From NCBI GenBank assembly GCA_017399145.1, contig JAFQEG010000003.1, forward strand, positions 50,553 to 114,552: DNA of 64,000 bases. The letters run 5' to 3'. The position numbers and the translations under genes are program-made. This document shows, in pieces, positions 26,568 through 36,800 of this stretch. The notes under the pieces were generated by a model, which worked only from the letters and a program-made list of their open reading frames with translations, had not been told where the DNA came from and searched no databases. This DNA comes from Clostridia bacterium (GTDB taxonomy: Bacteria; Bacillota; Clostridia; Oscillospirales; CAG-272). Every line of letters starts with the position of its first letter. Positions within the stretch are counted from its first letter, which is position 1.

Positions 26568-27011
26568 TTATCTTTTTTGCTTGAAGAAGCTTGTCAAAAG
26601 ACTCGCACATTCCTCGGCTAAAATACCAGAGGTGATTTGTGGCTTATAGAGTGGGTAGTCGCAAAGGTTAATCATTGTGCCGAAGGCGCCTGCCTTGTGG
26701 TCGGGTGCACCATAAACTACTCTTTCTATCCTTGAATTGACAATCGCACCTGCGCACATCGGACAGGGCTCAAGGGTAACATACATTGTACAGCCTACAA
26801 GTCGCCATCCACCTAGCCTTTTACAAGCCTTGTCGATTGCCTTGATTTCTGCATGATACAGTGCGTTTTTACCGTATTCCCTTGTGTTATAGGCTTTAGA
26901 TACAATTTCCTCGCCACGCACGATAATGGCACCCACAGGCACCTCATCTCTTCTTTGTGCCTTTTTTGCCTCGTTTATGGCAAGCTTCATATAATCAATG
27001 TCGGTTTTCAT
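26568..27011 (-). CDS. tadA: tRNA-specific adenosine deaminase
   Basis: HAEIKAI and PCPMCAGA zinc-binding deaminase motifs; 147 aa. Confidence 0.9.
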   Translation of the reverse strand: MKTDIDYMKLAINEAKKAQRRDEVPVGAIIVRGEEIVSKAYNTREYGKNALYHAEIKAIDKACKRLGGWRLVGCTMYVTLEPCPMCAGAIVNSRIERVVYGAPDHKAGAFGTMINLCDYPLYKPQITSGILAEECASLLTSFFKQKR

Positions 27012-27013
27012 AA

Positions 27014-29002
27014 TTAAATATCCGCAAGATTCATATACTTGTAGCCGTTTTCTGCGATAAAGTCCTTTCTGCCTTGAATGTCGTCACCCAAAAGGGTTTC
27101 AAACATAACCTTGGTTTCCTCCTCGTCGGTAGGCATAACCTGAATTAAGCGACGGCTTTCTGGATTCATTGTAGTTTCCCACATCATTTCCTTATCGTTT
27201 TCACCGAGACCCTTTGAACGTTGGACTGTGTATTTTTCATTTCCAAGCTTTTCTAGGATTTCTGCCTTTTCACCCTCATTGTAAGCAAAATAAATCTTGT
27301 CCTTTGAGGTGGTGATTTCGTATAGTGGTGACTCTGCAATAAATACTCTACCCTCTTTAATAAGGGTTGGCAATAGACGATAAAACATTGTCAAGATAAG
27401 TGTTCTTATCTGGAAGCCGTCCTCGTCGGCATCAGTACAGATAATAATTCTGCGCCACTTTAGATTGTTCATATCAAAGGTAGCCATATTATCCTTACTC
27501 TTGACTCCCTTGACCTCAACACCACAGCCGATAACCTTTAGAAGGTCAACTATAATGTCACTCTTAAAGATTTTGTCATAGGTACTCTTTAGGCAGTTAA
27601 GGGTTTTACCTCTTACAGGGATTAACGCTTGAATGTTAGGGTCACGTCCACCCTTACAGGACGAAAGCGCTGAGTCTCCCTCTACTATGTAGAGCTCTCT
27701 TACCTCTGGGTCCTTGGATCGGCAGGGTACAAATTTTTCAACTCTATTAGTAAAATCGTTAGATACGCTTAGCTTGTTTTTAAGGTCAAGACGTGTGTCC
27801 TCTGCCTTCCTTCTAGCCCTCATATTTGTAAGGACTTGGTTGGCAAATGCTTCTGCGTCTGCCCTATTTTCTAGGAAGTAAATTTCAAGCTTTTCCTTCA
27901 TAAAGTCACAGAGTGAATCCTCTATAAACTTATTGGTAATTGATTTTTTAGTTTGGTTCTCGTAGGATGTTTCTGTTGAAAAGCTATTGATAACTAAAAC
28001 TAGACAGTCCTCAATATCCTCGAAGGTGATGCTTTCATTTTTTGCGTACTTGTTGTTGTCCTTTAGGTACTTGTCCATAACAGCCTTGAAGGAACGCTTT
28101 ACAGCCTTGTCTGGTGAGCCACCATGCTCAAGATGGCTTGAGTTGTGGTAATACTCTAAAAGTGCGTTTTTATTTGATACGCAAAATGCAATCTCTGCCT
28201 TTAGCTTATATTCCTTTTTATCTTGACGGTCCTTACCCTTTGTGCTCATAGACCACAAAACAGGCTCGGTCAAGGAAACATTATTTGTAATTTCGCTAAT
28301 ATAGTCAGAAATACCATTTTTGTATAGGTACTCTGTCTTTTCAAAGCTACCTGATGGGTTTTGGAATTTTAAAATAAGCTTTAAGCCTGCATTTACAATT
28401 GCTTGCTTATGAAGTACGTTTAAAAAATACTCCTTTGAAATGTTTGTATCGGTAAACACCTCAAGGTCAGGACGCCATCTTGTAAGTGTGCCTGTACGCT
28501 TGTCCTTGCCCTCAAGCTCAGTTGTCTTTAGCTTAGACACAGGGTTACCCTTTTCAAAGTGAATTTCGTACATTACATCTCCCTTGTAGGAATAAACGTC
28601 CATAAATTCAGATGAATATTGAGTAGCACAAGCGCCAAGTCCATTAAGACCTAGCGAATACTGGTATGCACTTTTCTCACTGTTGTTGTCGTATTTACCA
28701 CCTGCGTAAAGTTCACAATAAACAAGCTCCCAGTTATACTTGCCCTCTTTTTTATTGAAGTCTAGGGGTACGCCTCTGCCTCGGTCATCAACCTCTATGA
28801 CTCTGTCCTTATATACTGTTACTACGATTTCCTTTCCGTAGCCCTCACGTGCCTCGTCGATTGAGTTGGAAAGAATTTCAAAGAAAGAATGCTCACAGCC
28901 CTCAAGACCGTCTGAGCCGAATATAACACCTGGTCTTTTTCTTACACGGTCAGGACCCTTTAATGAGGATATACTTTGATCTGAATATTCCTTAGATGCC
29001 AT
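27014..29002 (-). CDS. Type IIA DNA topoisomerase subunit B (ParE/GyrB-like)
   Basis: GHKL ATPase motifs (ILSNSIDEA, GLNGLGA) and Toprim motifs (VEGDSA, PVRGK, DADEDGFQI). Start moved to MASKEY (ATG 29000-29002, GGGGGAG RBS). Confidence 0.85.
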   Translation of the reverse strand: MASKEYSDQSISSLKGPDRVRKRPGVIFGSDGLEGCEHSFFEILSNSIDEAREGYGKEIVVTVYKDRVIEVDDRGRGVPLDFNKKEGKYNWELVYCELYAGGKYDNNSEKSAYQYSLGLNGLGACATQYSSEFMDVYSYKGDVMYEIHFEKGNPVSKLKTTELEGKDKRTGTLTRWRPDLEVFTDTNISKEYFLNVLHKQAIVNAGLKLILKFQNPSGSFEKTEYLYKNGISDYISEITNNVSLTEPVLWSMSTKGKDRQDKKEYKLKAEIAFCVSNKNALLEYYHNSSHLEHGGSPDKAVKRSFKAVMDKYLKDNNKYAKNESITFEDIEDCLVLVINSFSTETSYENQTKKSITNKFIEDSLCDFMKEKLEIYFLENRADAEAFANQVLTNMRARRKAEDTRLDLKNKLSVSNDFTNRVEKFVPCRSKDPEVRELYIVEGDSALSSCKGGRDPNIQALIPVRGKTLNCLKSTYDKIFKSDIIVDLLKVIGCGVEVKGVKSKDNMATFDMNNLKWRRIIICTDADEDGFQIRTLILTMFYRLLPTLIKEGRVFIAESPLYEITTSKDKIYFAYNEGEKAEILEKLGNEKYTVQRSKGLGENDKEMMWETTMNPESRRLIQVMPTDEEETKVMFETLLGDDIQGRKDFIAENGYKYMNLADI

Positions 29003-29181
29003 TTTTCTCCCCCTTTTTTTCGGTAAAATTTCACTATTTATTATATTGTAACATAAAATATTTTCTTTTGCAAGGGTCAATTTTTCTGTAAGGGTCAATT
29101 TTAGTACAGTACTTTGTTGACAAATTCTTAAAAAAAGCTTATAATATATTTATATGGTTTTTATTTTTTGAAAGGATTACT

Positions 29182-29640
29182 ATGGCTAAGTTAATTGAGC
29201 TTTTTAAAAGGTACAAGGAAATTATCCTTTATCTTATAATTGGTGGGCTTACTACTGTTATAAACATAGTTGTCTACTGGGTGTGTGCAACTCCATTAGC
29301 AATTGGCACGGTTGCTTCAAATATAATTGCTTGGGTTGTTAGTGTTTTGTTTGCTTACTTTACTAACAAAATATTTGTTTTTGAAAGCAAAAGCTTTGCG
29401 CCCTCTGTGTTTTTCAAGGAATTGTTTCTTTTTGTTTTAGCACGTGTTGGCACTGGTGCCCTTGATACTGGAGTTATGTATTTATTTGTTGACGTGCTTT
29501 GCTTAAATGATTATGAAATGTGGATAAAGATTGGGTCAAACGTTTTGGTAATCGTTTTGAATTACGTTTTATCAAAGCTTATCGTTTTTAGAAAGAAAAG
29601 ACAAGCCACCGGTGGCAAAAATAACAAGGGCACTAATTAA
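29182..29640 (+). CDS. GtrA-family membrane protein
   Basis: 152 aa with four hydrophobic helices; the LIIGGLTTVINIVVYW N-terminus is typical of GtrA-like proteins. Confidence 0.75.
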   Translation: MAKLIELFKRYKEIILYLIIGGLTTVINIVVYWVCATPLAIGTVASNIIAWVVSVLFAYFTNKIFVFESKSFAPSVFFKELFLFVLARVGTGALDTGVMYLFVDVLCLNDYEMWIKIGSNVLVIVLNYVLSKLIVFRKKRQATGGKNNKGTN

Positions 29641-29669
29641 GAGTGCCTTTTGTTAGAAAGGGGACTATT

Positions 29670-30518
29670 TTGACAATAAAGGATTTTTTTAAAAGCCACA
29701 ATATTGAGGCTTACTCTTTAATCCCTCTTGCAAGATGCAAGATTTTGCGTGATTATTTGCTTACAAAAAATGGTCTTGACAAGGACTGCTATGCTATTAT
29801 GATGCTATTTCCATACAGAAGCGAGATAATGCTAAAAAACCTTACTGTATATGCATCGGTCAAGGACTATCACGGGTATATTGAAGCCTTTTCTAAGGAG
29901 CTAGAGGGCTTTTTAAAGGACAAGCACCCCAGCGGGGTGTTTAAGGTGTTTTCCGACCACTCCCCTATTGACGAGGTCCATGCCTGTTGTGTTTCGGGCT
30001 TAGGCTTTATTGGTGACAATGGGCTTTTGATTACTGAAAAATATTCCTCCTTTGTTTTCCTAGGCGAATGTATTACTAATGTTTCACCTAGTGAGTTAGG
30101 CTTAGAGGTAGCACCCGAAATTGAAGTAAGGGGCTGTTTACATTGTGGAAAGTGCAAAAATGCCTGTCCCTGTGGTTGCATTGGTGAGGATTTAGATAAA
30201 AAGAAGGAATGCTTGTCTGCTATCACTCAAAAAAAGGGTGCTTTGACAAATGAGGAAATTTCTCTAATAGTAGAAAATGGCTCGATTTGGGGCTGTGATG
30301 CTTGTCAAAACGTGTGCCCTTATACTAGGAATGCATCCTATACACCTATTGAATATTTTAAAAAAGACGTAATAGAGTGTCTAGATTTAGAAGCTCTTGA
30401 AAAAATGACGTCTGAGGAATTTTCCTCTCGTCCCTTCGCTTGGCGAGGAATGGATACTATAAGAAGAAACGTACTGATATACGAAGAAAAGATGAAAGGA
30501 CACAGAGGCGATGATTAA
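29670..30518 (+). CDS. Epoxyqueuosine reductase-like 4Fe-4S protein (QueG/DUF1730-like)
   Basis: CLHCGKCKNACPCGC and WGCDACQNVCPY ferredoxin-type cluster motifs. TTG start at 29670 (RBS AAAGGGG) preferred over the track GTG at 29643, which lies inside a hairpin. Start is uncertain. Confidence 0.6.
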   Translation: MTIKDFFKSHNIEAYSLIPLARCKILRDYLLTKNGLDKDCYAIMMLFPYRSEIMLKNLTVYASVKDYHGYIEAFSKELEGFLKDKHPSGVFKVFSDHSPIDEVHACCVSGLGFIGDNGLLITEKYSSFVFLGECITNVSPSELGLEVAPEIEVRGCLHCGKCKNACPCGCIGEDLDKKKECLSAITQKKGALTNEEISLIVENGSIWGCDACQNVCPYTRNASYTPIEYFKKDVIECLDLEALEKMTSEEFSSRPFAWRGMDTIRRNVLIYEEKMKGHRGDD

Positions 30519-33500
30519 ATTTTTATATGGTGATTCAGGAAGTGGAAAAAGCACTTACATAATTGATGAAATTATGAAGGATTGTCGAAATGGCAAGAGT
30601 GCGATTTTAATTGTACCTGAGCAACAGGGTGTAATTGCTGAGGAATCCTTAGCTAAGTACAGATATGTGGACGAGCCTAACCGTGACACTACCTTTGCAC
30701 AGCTACACTACGAGGTTCTTAACTTTACTCGTCTTGCTAACAGAGTTTTTCGTGACTATGGTGGATTAAAATACAATTACGTTACTAAGAGTGCCAAAAA
30801 CCTTATTATGTATCGTGCAATCTGCGAATGTCGTGGTATGCTTTCCGATTGTAAAATTGAGCCGGGTCACGAAAAAAACTACGTTGGTATTTTCACTCAG
30901 GCTATTGCCGAGCTTAAGGCTTATGCTACCTCATTTCAGGATTTTGAAAATTTGATTGAAAAGCTTGCTACTGACGACGATAAAGCAAGTAAGCAATTAA
31001 GAAATAAGCTCAACAATATTTACGTTATTTGGTCTGCTTATGAAAGAATACTAAATGAAAGCTATACAAGTGATGAAGCTGATGAAGGCACCTCTTTGAA
31101 AAGGCTTAACGACCCCTTAGATGATGCTATGCATCTTTACAACACTCTTAAAGGTCTTCGTTTAAATGGCAAAAGCTTTTTTAAGGGTAAAAACGTTTAC
31201 ATTGACTCCTTTTATAGCTTCACAAAAAGTCAATTAAATATTATTGAGGAAATTGTTTTAGGTGCAGATAATGTAACCATTTCCTTTGACTGCCCTATAA
31301 ACACCCCTCAAGGTGCTACACAGTATGCTAAAATCACGGATAGCCACGAGAAAATTAAAAGCATTTGTGGAAGGGCTGGTGTGCCCAAGGTAAAGGTTTT
31401 CGACAAGGATTTGACCCATAAGGAAAGCCCCGACCTTTTGCACCTATACAAAAACATTTGGAATTTAGATGCATCGTTGCCTAAAATAAAACACAATGGT
31501 AGCGTAAAGCTTGCAAGGCTTGGTGATGAGTTTGAGGAGTGTGAATTTATCGCTTCACAAATTAGAGAGAAAATTGAGTCGGGCTGTCATTATTCCGACA
31601 TTGCCATAATTGGTCGAAACGTGTCATCTTATCGTGGAATTTTAGACTTTACTCTTGAAAAGTATAACATTCCTCACTTCTTCTCTGCGCCTACCGACTT
31701 AATGAGTAAGCCTGTTATAAAAATGATTTTTTCTGCCCTTAGTGCAATAACAAGCTACAAGCAGGACGATATTATGTCTTACATAAAATGTGGATACGTT
31801 GGGCTTGAGCCTGATATTGAGGCCGAGCTTGAGGCTTACGTTTATCGTTGGGGCTTGCAGGGCAAAAAGTGTTGGGATGCTGATACTCGTGACGACTACT
31901 GGTGTGCTAATCCCGATGGATACGAGATGGAATTTAGCAAAGAACAAAGTGATAGGCTGGAGAAAATAATTGAGGCGCGAAACACCATTACAAATAAGCT
32001 TTCCCCTCTTAAAAAAGTATTTGAGAAAAAGTCAAATATAAGAGAATGCGCTGAGGCTATATTTGAGTTTTTGAATAAGCACGATGTATACAATAAGCTT
32101 GAGGACGAAAAGAGTAAAAGCAAAAGACAGGATGCACTAGAAATTGTACAGGTTTGGAAGTCTCTTTTGTCTGCTCTTGATACGCTAGTTGACGTTTGTG
32201 GTAAAGCAATTGTTAATCCACTTACCTTTGCTACTCTTTTACAGTATGCGTTCATTGATGCTGATATTGGCACTATTCCTACGGCTGTCGATACTGTTTT
32301 GATTGCCGATGCTTCAACTGTACGTACAAGTCCTCGCCGTCACGTGTTTATGCTTGGTGTAAACGAAAGCGTATTCCCTGCTAACGTTACTGATAATTCA
32401 TTCTTTAACGATAATGAAAAGGAAGTACTTGAGAGTCACGATATTTTCCTTGCAGAAAAGCTTGATACTCGTGTTGATGATGAATTTATGTTCTTTAGAC
32501 AGGGTATTGCTATTGCTAAGGAAACACTTACCGTTTCTTGTATAAGTGTTAGTATATCTGGAGATAAAAGGTCACCTAGCATTGGTTATTCAAGAATAGG
32601 AGAGCTTTTTGAGGGAATCAAGGAATTTACCTCATCCGATTTTGACATTCTTTCGAAAATTTTTACAAGGCAAAATGCAAGAGAGCTTGTTGGTCAAACA
32701 AAGGGTGAGCTTCAAACGGCTATATGTACTGACCTTAAGATTAAGGAAAGAGTTACAGGCTTTTCTAATAGAACGCTTTCTGTTTCCGAGAAAGCCACAA
32801 AAAAGCTTCTCAAAAAAGGTAAGCTTATGCTTACTCAAACTGCTATTGAGAAATTTCAAGGCTGTCATTTGAGCTATTACTGTGATAAGGTATTAAGGAT
32901 TCGTTCAAATAAAAAATTCTTGTTTGGGTCCTTGCAGGTAGGTGATATGTTCCACTCTATCTTTGAGGATGTGCTTACTAAGCTAAAGGATATTGGTAAG
33001 AAAAAGGTAGCCGACATGGCTACTGATGAAATTGATGCTTTGGTTCAAGACTTAACCAACGACTACATTAGTAAAATATGTAGTGGCACGAAAATGACTC
33101 AACGTCTCAACCATCTATTTGAGAGAATGAGGGCTAATTTGCTAGTAATAGTTAATCATTTGGTTGAGGAGTTTTTACACTCGGATTTTGAGGCTAAATA
33201 CTTTGAGCTTTCCTTTGACGGTAATGGAAATGACTCCCCGCTTCCTATTAAGAATCTTACGTTGAGCGATGGTACTCCTATTATTCTTCATGGTATTGCC
33301 GACAGAGTTGACATTTATAGGAATAATGACACTACATACGTGCGAATTATAGACTATAAGACAGGTAAAAAAGAGTTTGAAATGTCAAAATTCGAAAACG
33401 GCACTCAGCTTCAGCTATTTATTTACTTGTTTGCACTTTGGAAGCTTGAGGACTGTAATTTTAAGAAAGCTCTTCTTGAGAAAACTGACAAAATTTCGCC

Positions 33501-33870
33501 TGCTGGTGCTTACTATTTACCTTTAAGCGTTGGTAAGGTTACTAAAAAGAAGGATTTACCCTCCAATTCCGACGATGAAGAAAAATTTGATTTTATCAGT
33601 GAGGTTATGCCAAGTGGACTTATTCTTAATAATAGTGAAATTCGTTTAGCGCAAGACTCAAGTCCTGAAAAGAAATTTTCACCTGTAGGTGATAAATCCT
33701 ACATTAGTGAGGACGATTTTGAGCAAATGTTTAACAATATGAAGGATATAGTTTTATCTATCGGCACAACTATGATGAGTGGTGACGCTTCCGTTTGCGA
33801 AAAGGGTGGTGCCTTTTCCGCTTGTGAATATTGCGAAATGAAGCCATTTTGCAGAAGGGGGACAAAATGA
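30511..33870 (+). CDS. addB: Helicase-nuclease AddAB subunit B
   Basis: N-terminal GDSGSGKST Walker A, a C-terminal RecB-type nuclease region (GIADRVD..IIDYKTG) and Fe-S cysteines (CEKGG..CEYCEMKPFC). Followed by addA. Confidence 0.9.
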   Translation: MIKFLYGDSGSGKSTYIIDEIMKDCRNGKSAILIVPEQQGVIAEESLAKYRYVDEPNRDTTFAQLHYEVLNFTRLANRVFRDYGGLKYNYVTKSAKNLIMYRAICECRGMLSDCKIEPGHEKNYVGIFTQAIAELKAYATSFQDFENLIEKLATDDDKASKQLRNKLNNIYVIWSAYERILNESYTSDEADEGTSLKRLNDPLDDAMHLYNTLKGLRLNGKSFFKGKNVYIDSFYSFTKSQLNIIEEIVLGADNVTISFDCPINTPQGATQYAKITDSHEKIKSICGRAGVPKVKVFDKDLTHKESPDLLHLYKNIWNLDASLPKIKHNGSVKLARLGDEFEECEFIASQIREKIESGCHYSDIAIIGRNVSSYRGILDFTLEKYNIPHFFSAPTDLMSKPVIKMIFSALSAITSYKQDDIMSYIKCGYVGLEPDIEAELEAYVYRWGLQGKKCWDADTRDDYWCANPDGYEMEFSKEQSDRLEKIIEARNTITNKLSPLKKVFEKKSNIRECAEAIFEFLNKHDVYNKLEDEKSKSKRQDALEIVQVWKSLLSALDTLVDVCGKAIVNPLTFATLLQYAFIDADIGTIPTAVDTVLIADASTVRTSPRRHVFMLGVNESVFPANVTDNSFFNDNEKEVLESHDIFLAEKLDTRVDDEFMFFRQGIAIAKETLTVSCISVSISGDKRSPSIGYSRIGELFEGIKEFTSSDFDILSKIFTRQNARELVGQTKGELQTAICTDLKIKERVTGFSNRTLSVSEKATKKLLKKGKLMLTQTAIEKFQGCHLSYYCDKVLRIRSNKKFLFGSLQVGDMFHSIFEDVLTKLKDIGKKKVADMATDEIDALVQDLTNDYISKICSGTKMTQRLNHLFERMRANLLVIVNHLVEEFLHSDFEAKYFELSFDGNGNDSPLPIKNLTLSDGTPIILHGIADRVDIYRNNDTTYVRIIDYKTGKKEFEMSKFENGTQLQLFIYLFALWKLEDCNFKKALLEKTDKISPAGAYYLPLSVGKVTKKKDLPSNSDDEEKFDFISEVMPSGLILNNSEIRLAQDSSPEKKFSPVGDKSYISEDDFEQMFNNMKDIVLSIGTTMMSGDASVCEKGGAFSACEYCEMKPFCRRGTK

Positions 33871-36800
33871 GTAAGACTATTGATGAAGTAAGAATCGAAG
33901 AAAAGAAGGAAGAACTTACGCTTACTAAGGCACAAGAGTTGGCGCTTAGTCATAAGGGCTCGGATTTGCTAATTTCTGCCGGTGCCGGTAGTGGTAAAAC
34001 TATGATTCTTACCAAAAAGATTGCACAGGATATTGCCAACGGTGCAGATATTGCAAATATGCTCATTGTTACCTTTACTAAGGAGGCTGCAAACAAGCTT
34101 AAGGGTGATATTCGAGAAAAGCTTGCCAAGGAATTAGAAGAAAATCCTGAAAATACAAAGCTAAAGGACCAAATGCTAAAAATAAGCACTGCTGATATTT
34201 CTACAATTGATAGCTTTTGCTATAAGCTAGTAAAGTCTAATTTTGACAAAATTAAGCTTGAAAGCGGTGCACAGCTTGATAGCAATTTCCGTATAGGTGA
34301 GGCTGGGGAATTAAAGGTTATAGAATATGAGGCACTTGATGAGGTCCTTGATGAATTCTACGAGGCAGAGGAAACAGATAAGGATTTCTTGCTTGTTTCC
34401 GACTGCTACTCTAGTCTTTCTAATGAAAACGTTTTAAAGGATAATCTTTTAGAGCTATACAATTCTCTTATCAATACAAAAAATTCCTTAGAAACTATTA
34501 AGGCAACCGTTGAGTTTGAGGGTGATTTTATGGACTCACCCTATGGTGCACCTTTAAAAAGAGTTTTACAGGATGCTGTTGATTATTTTAAGCACGCCCT
34601 TGAAATTTCCAAGATAATAGTTGATGATAACGATAAGGCATACAAAAAGTATGGTGCCTCCGTATATTCCGACATTGACTTTATAAACAGGCTTGAAAAG
34701 GGTATGGAAAATCCAAAATACTCTACCCTGTGTGAGATTTTTAGCACATATTCCTCAGTTGGTATTGGGAGAAACTCCTTGCCTGCTGAGGTTGACGGTG
34801 CTCACTTAAAGTATTGTCGTGATGGGCTTATGAATTTTGTCTTGGGTAAGGAAAAGAATGTCAATGGAATAAGACCATTATTCTTCTCCTCCAATAATGA
34901 GGATGCAATTTTCTCTATTAAGCAGAATGCTAAAATGTCAAACGCAATATACAAGGTATTAAAGCGATTTGATATGCGTTACGAGGAAAAGAAGGCACAA
35001 TACTCTGTTTGTAGCTTCAATGACGTTAGTAGATACGCGTTGAGGTTGCTTTACGAAGAGGACGGAGTTACCCCTTCTCCTCTTGCCGATGAATTAAAAG
35101 AGAAATATTCCTATATTTACGTTGATGAGTATCAGGATACTAACTCTGTACAGGATAGAATTTTCTCTGCCTTTTCAAATAACAACAGATTTCTTGTTGG
35201 TGATATTAAGCAAAGTATTTACAATTTTAGAGCTGCGGAGCCTGAAATATTTACTGGCTACAGAGAAAGCTTTGTTGACAAGGAGCTTCCTTGCGATGAC
35301 GAAAAGCAAGGCAGGTCATTGTTTATGTCTGAAAACTTTAGGTGCAATCCTGAGGTAATCGACTTTACTAATCTAGTTACAAATTATCTTTTCACAAACT
35401 CTTATGGCATTCCCTACGTTAGTAAGGATGCGCTAAAATTTGCTAAAACAAAAAATCTTAGCACCATTGACCAGCCTGCCGAGGTATATTTGTTTGAAAA
35501 GAAATCTAAGCCTAATGAAGGTAAAAGCAAAAACTATGACCTTGAGCTTGAGGAATATAATGCTAGCGAGACTGCACAAGCGGATTTTGTTGCAAGAGAG
35601 ATTAAAAGAATTTTTGATTCAAAGGACTTACCCTTTGCTGATAAGCCAAGAGAAATAAAAAAGAGTGATTTTGCTATTTTGTTACGCTCGGCAAAGGATG
35701 AAAAGGCACAAAAATACGTTGATGCTTTAGCTAAATATGGAATTGGGTCTGAGTTAAAGGTAAATTCCGTGTTTTATGAAAAGCCTCATATTTTGCTCGC
35801 TATTTCTATCTTAAACGTTATTGATAATCCATACAAGGACATTTTCTTAGCCGGTGCTATGAGGTCACAAATATTCGACTTCTCTCTTGAAGAGCTTATT
35901 GAAATTAGGTCCAGCTGTAAAAGTAAAGGTGCTTCTCTATATTCTGTTGTCAAGGATTATAATGGCAACAAGGACATTGTCAAAAAAATTAAGGATATGA
36001 TTAATACCCTTGACGACATAAGACGAAAAATTAGAAAAGAAGGTGCTCATAACGTAGTAGCTTACGTTTTAAATGATATGGGTCTTTTATCTCTTTGTAA
36101 CAAGGATGAAAGGCAGGATTTGCTAAAGCTTTATAACATTGCTCGTATTTACGAGGGTAGCTCATTTAAAGGACTTTTCAAATTTTTAAGGTATGTTGAG
36201 AGCAATATGTCTGGTCAAATAAGAGATACAATTGTAGGCGATGAGGACGATAATGTTAAGATTATGACATTCCATGCTGCAAAGGGACTTGAGTTTGAGT
36301 ATTGCTTCGTTTGTAATCTTGAGGATAGAATCGAATATGCTATTCAAAAGCCTGACATTTTCTTTGACAGAGTACTTGGTGTTGCAGGATACGTTGGCAA
36401 GGATAACGGACTTGTTAAGTACAACTCTTTACCTAGAAAGTGTGTGGACCTAGCTACCTCTCGTGCAACCCTTGAGGAAGAGATTCGTATGCTTTACGTT
36501 GCACTTACTCGTGCACGTACAAAGCTTTATGTTACTGCTTCAATTTCTAAGCCCGAGGAAAAGGTCGAGGAATATCGCAATGCTATTCAGTCGCCTCACA
36601 ACGTATATAATACTACAACTCGAATCAATTTAATTCTTGGTGCACTAAAGGAAAGCAAGCCCTTTTATCAAATTTATTATGAGGATAAAAAGCTACCACC
36701 AAAGAAGGATATTGAACGCGATGGTGACGATGGTAAGCTTAAATTAACTGCTGATGAGTATCTAGAAATTCTTAAAAAGCGATTTGATTTTAAGTATTCG

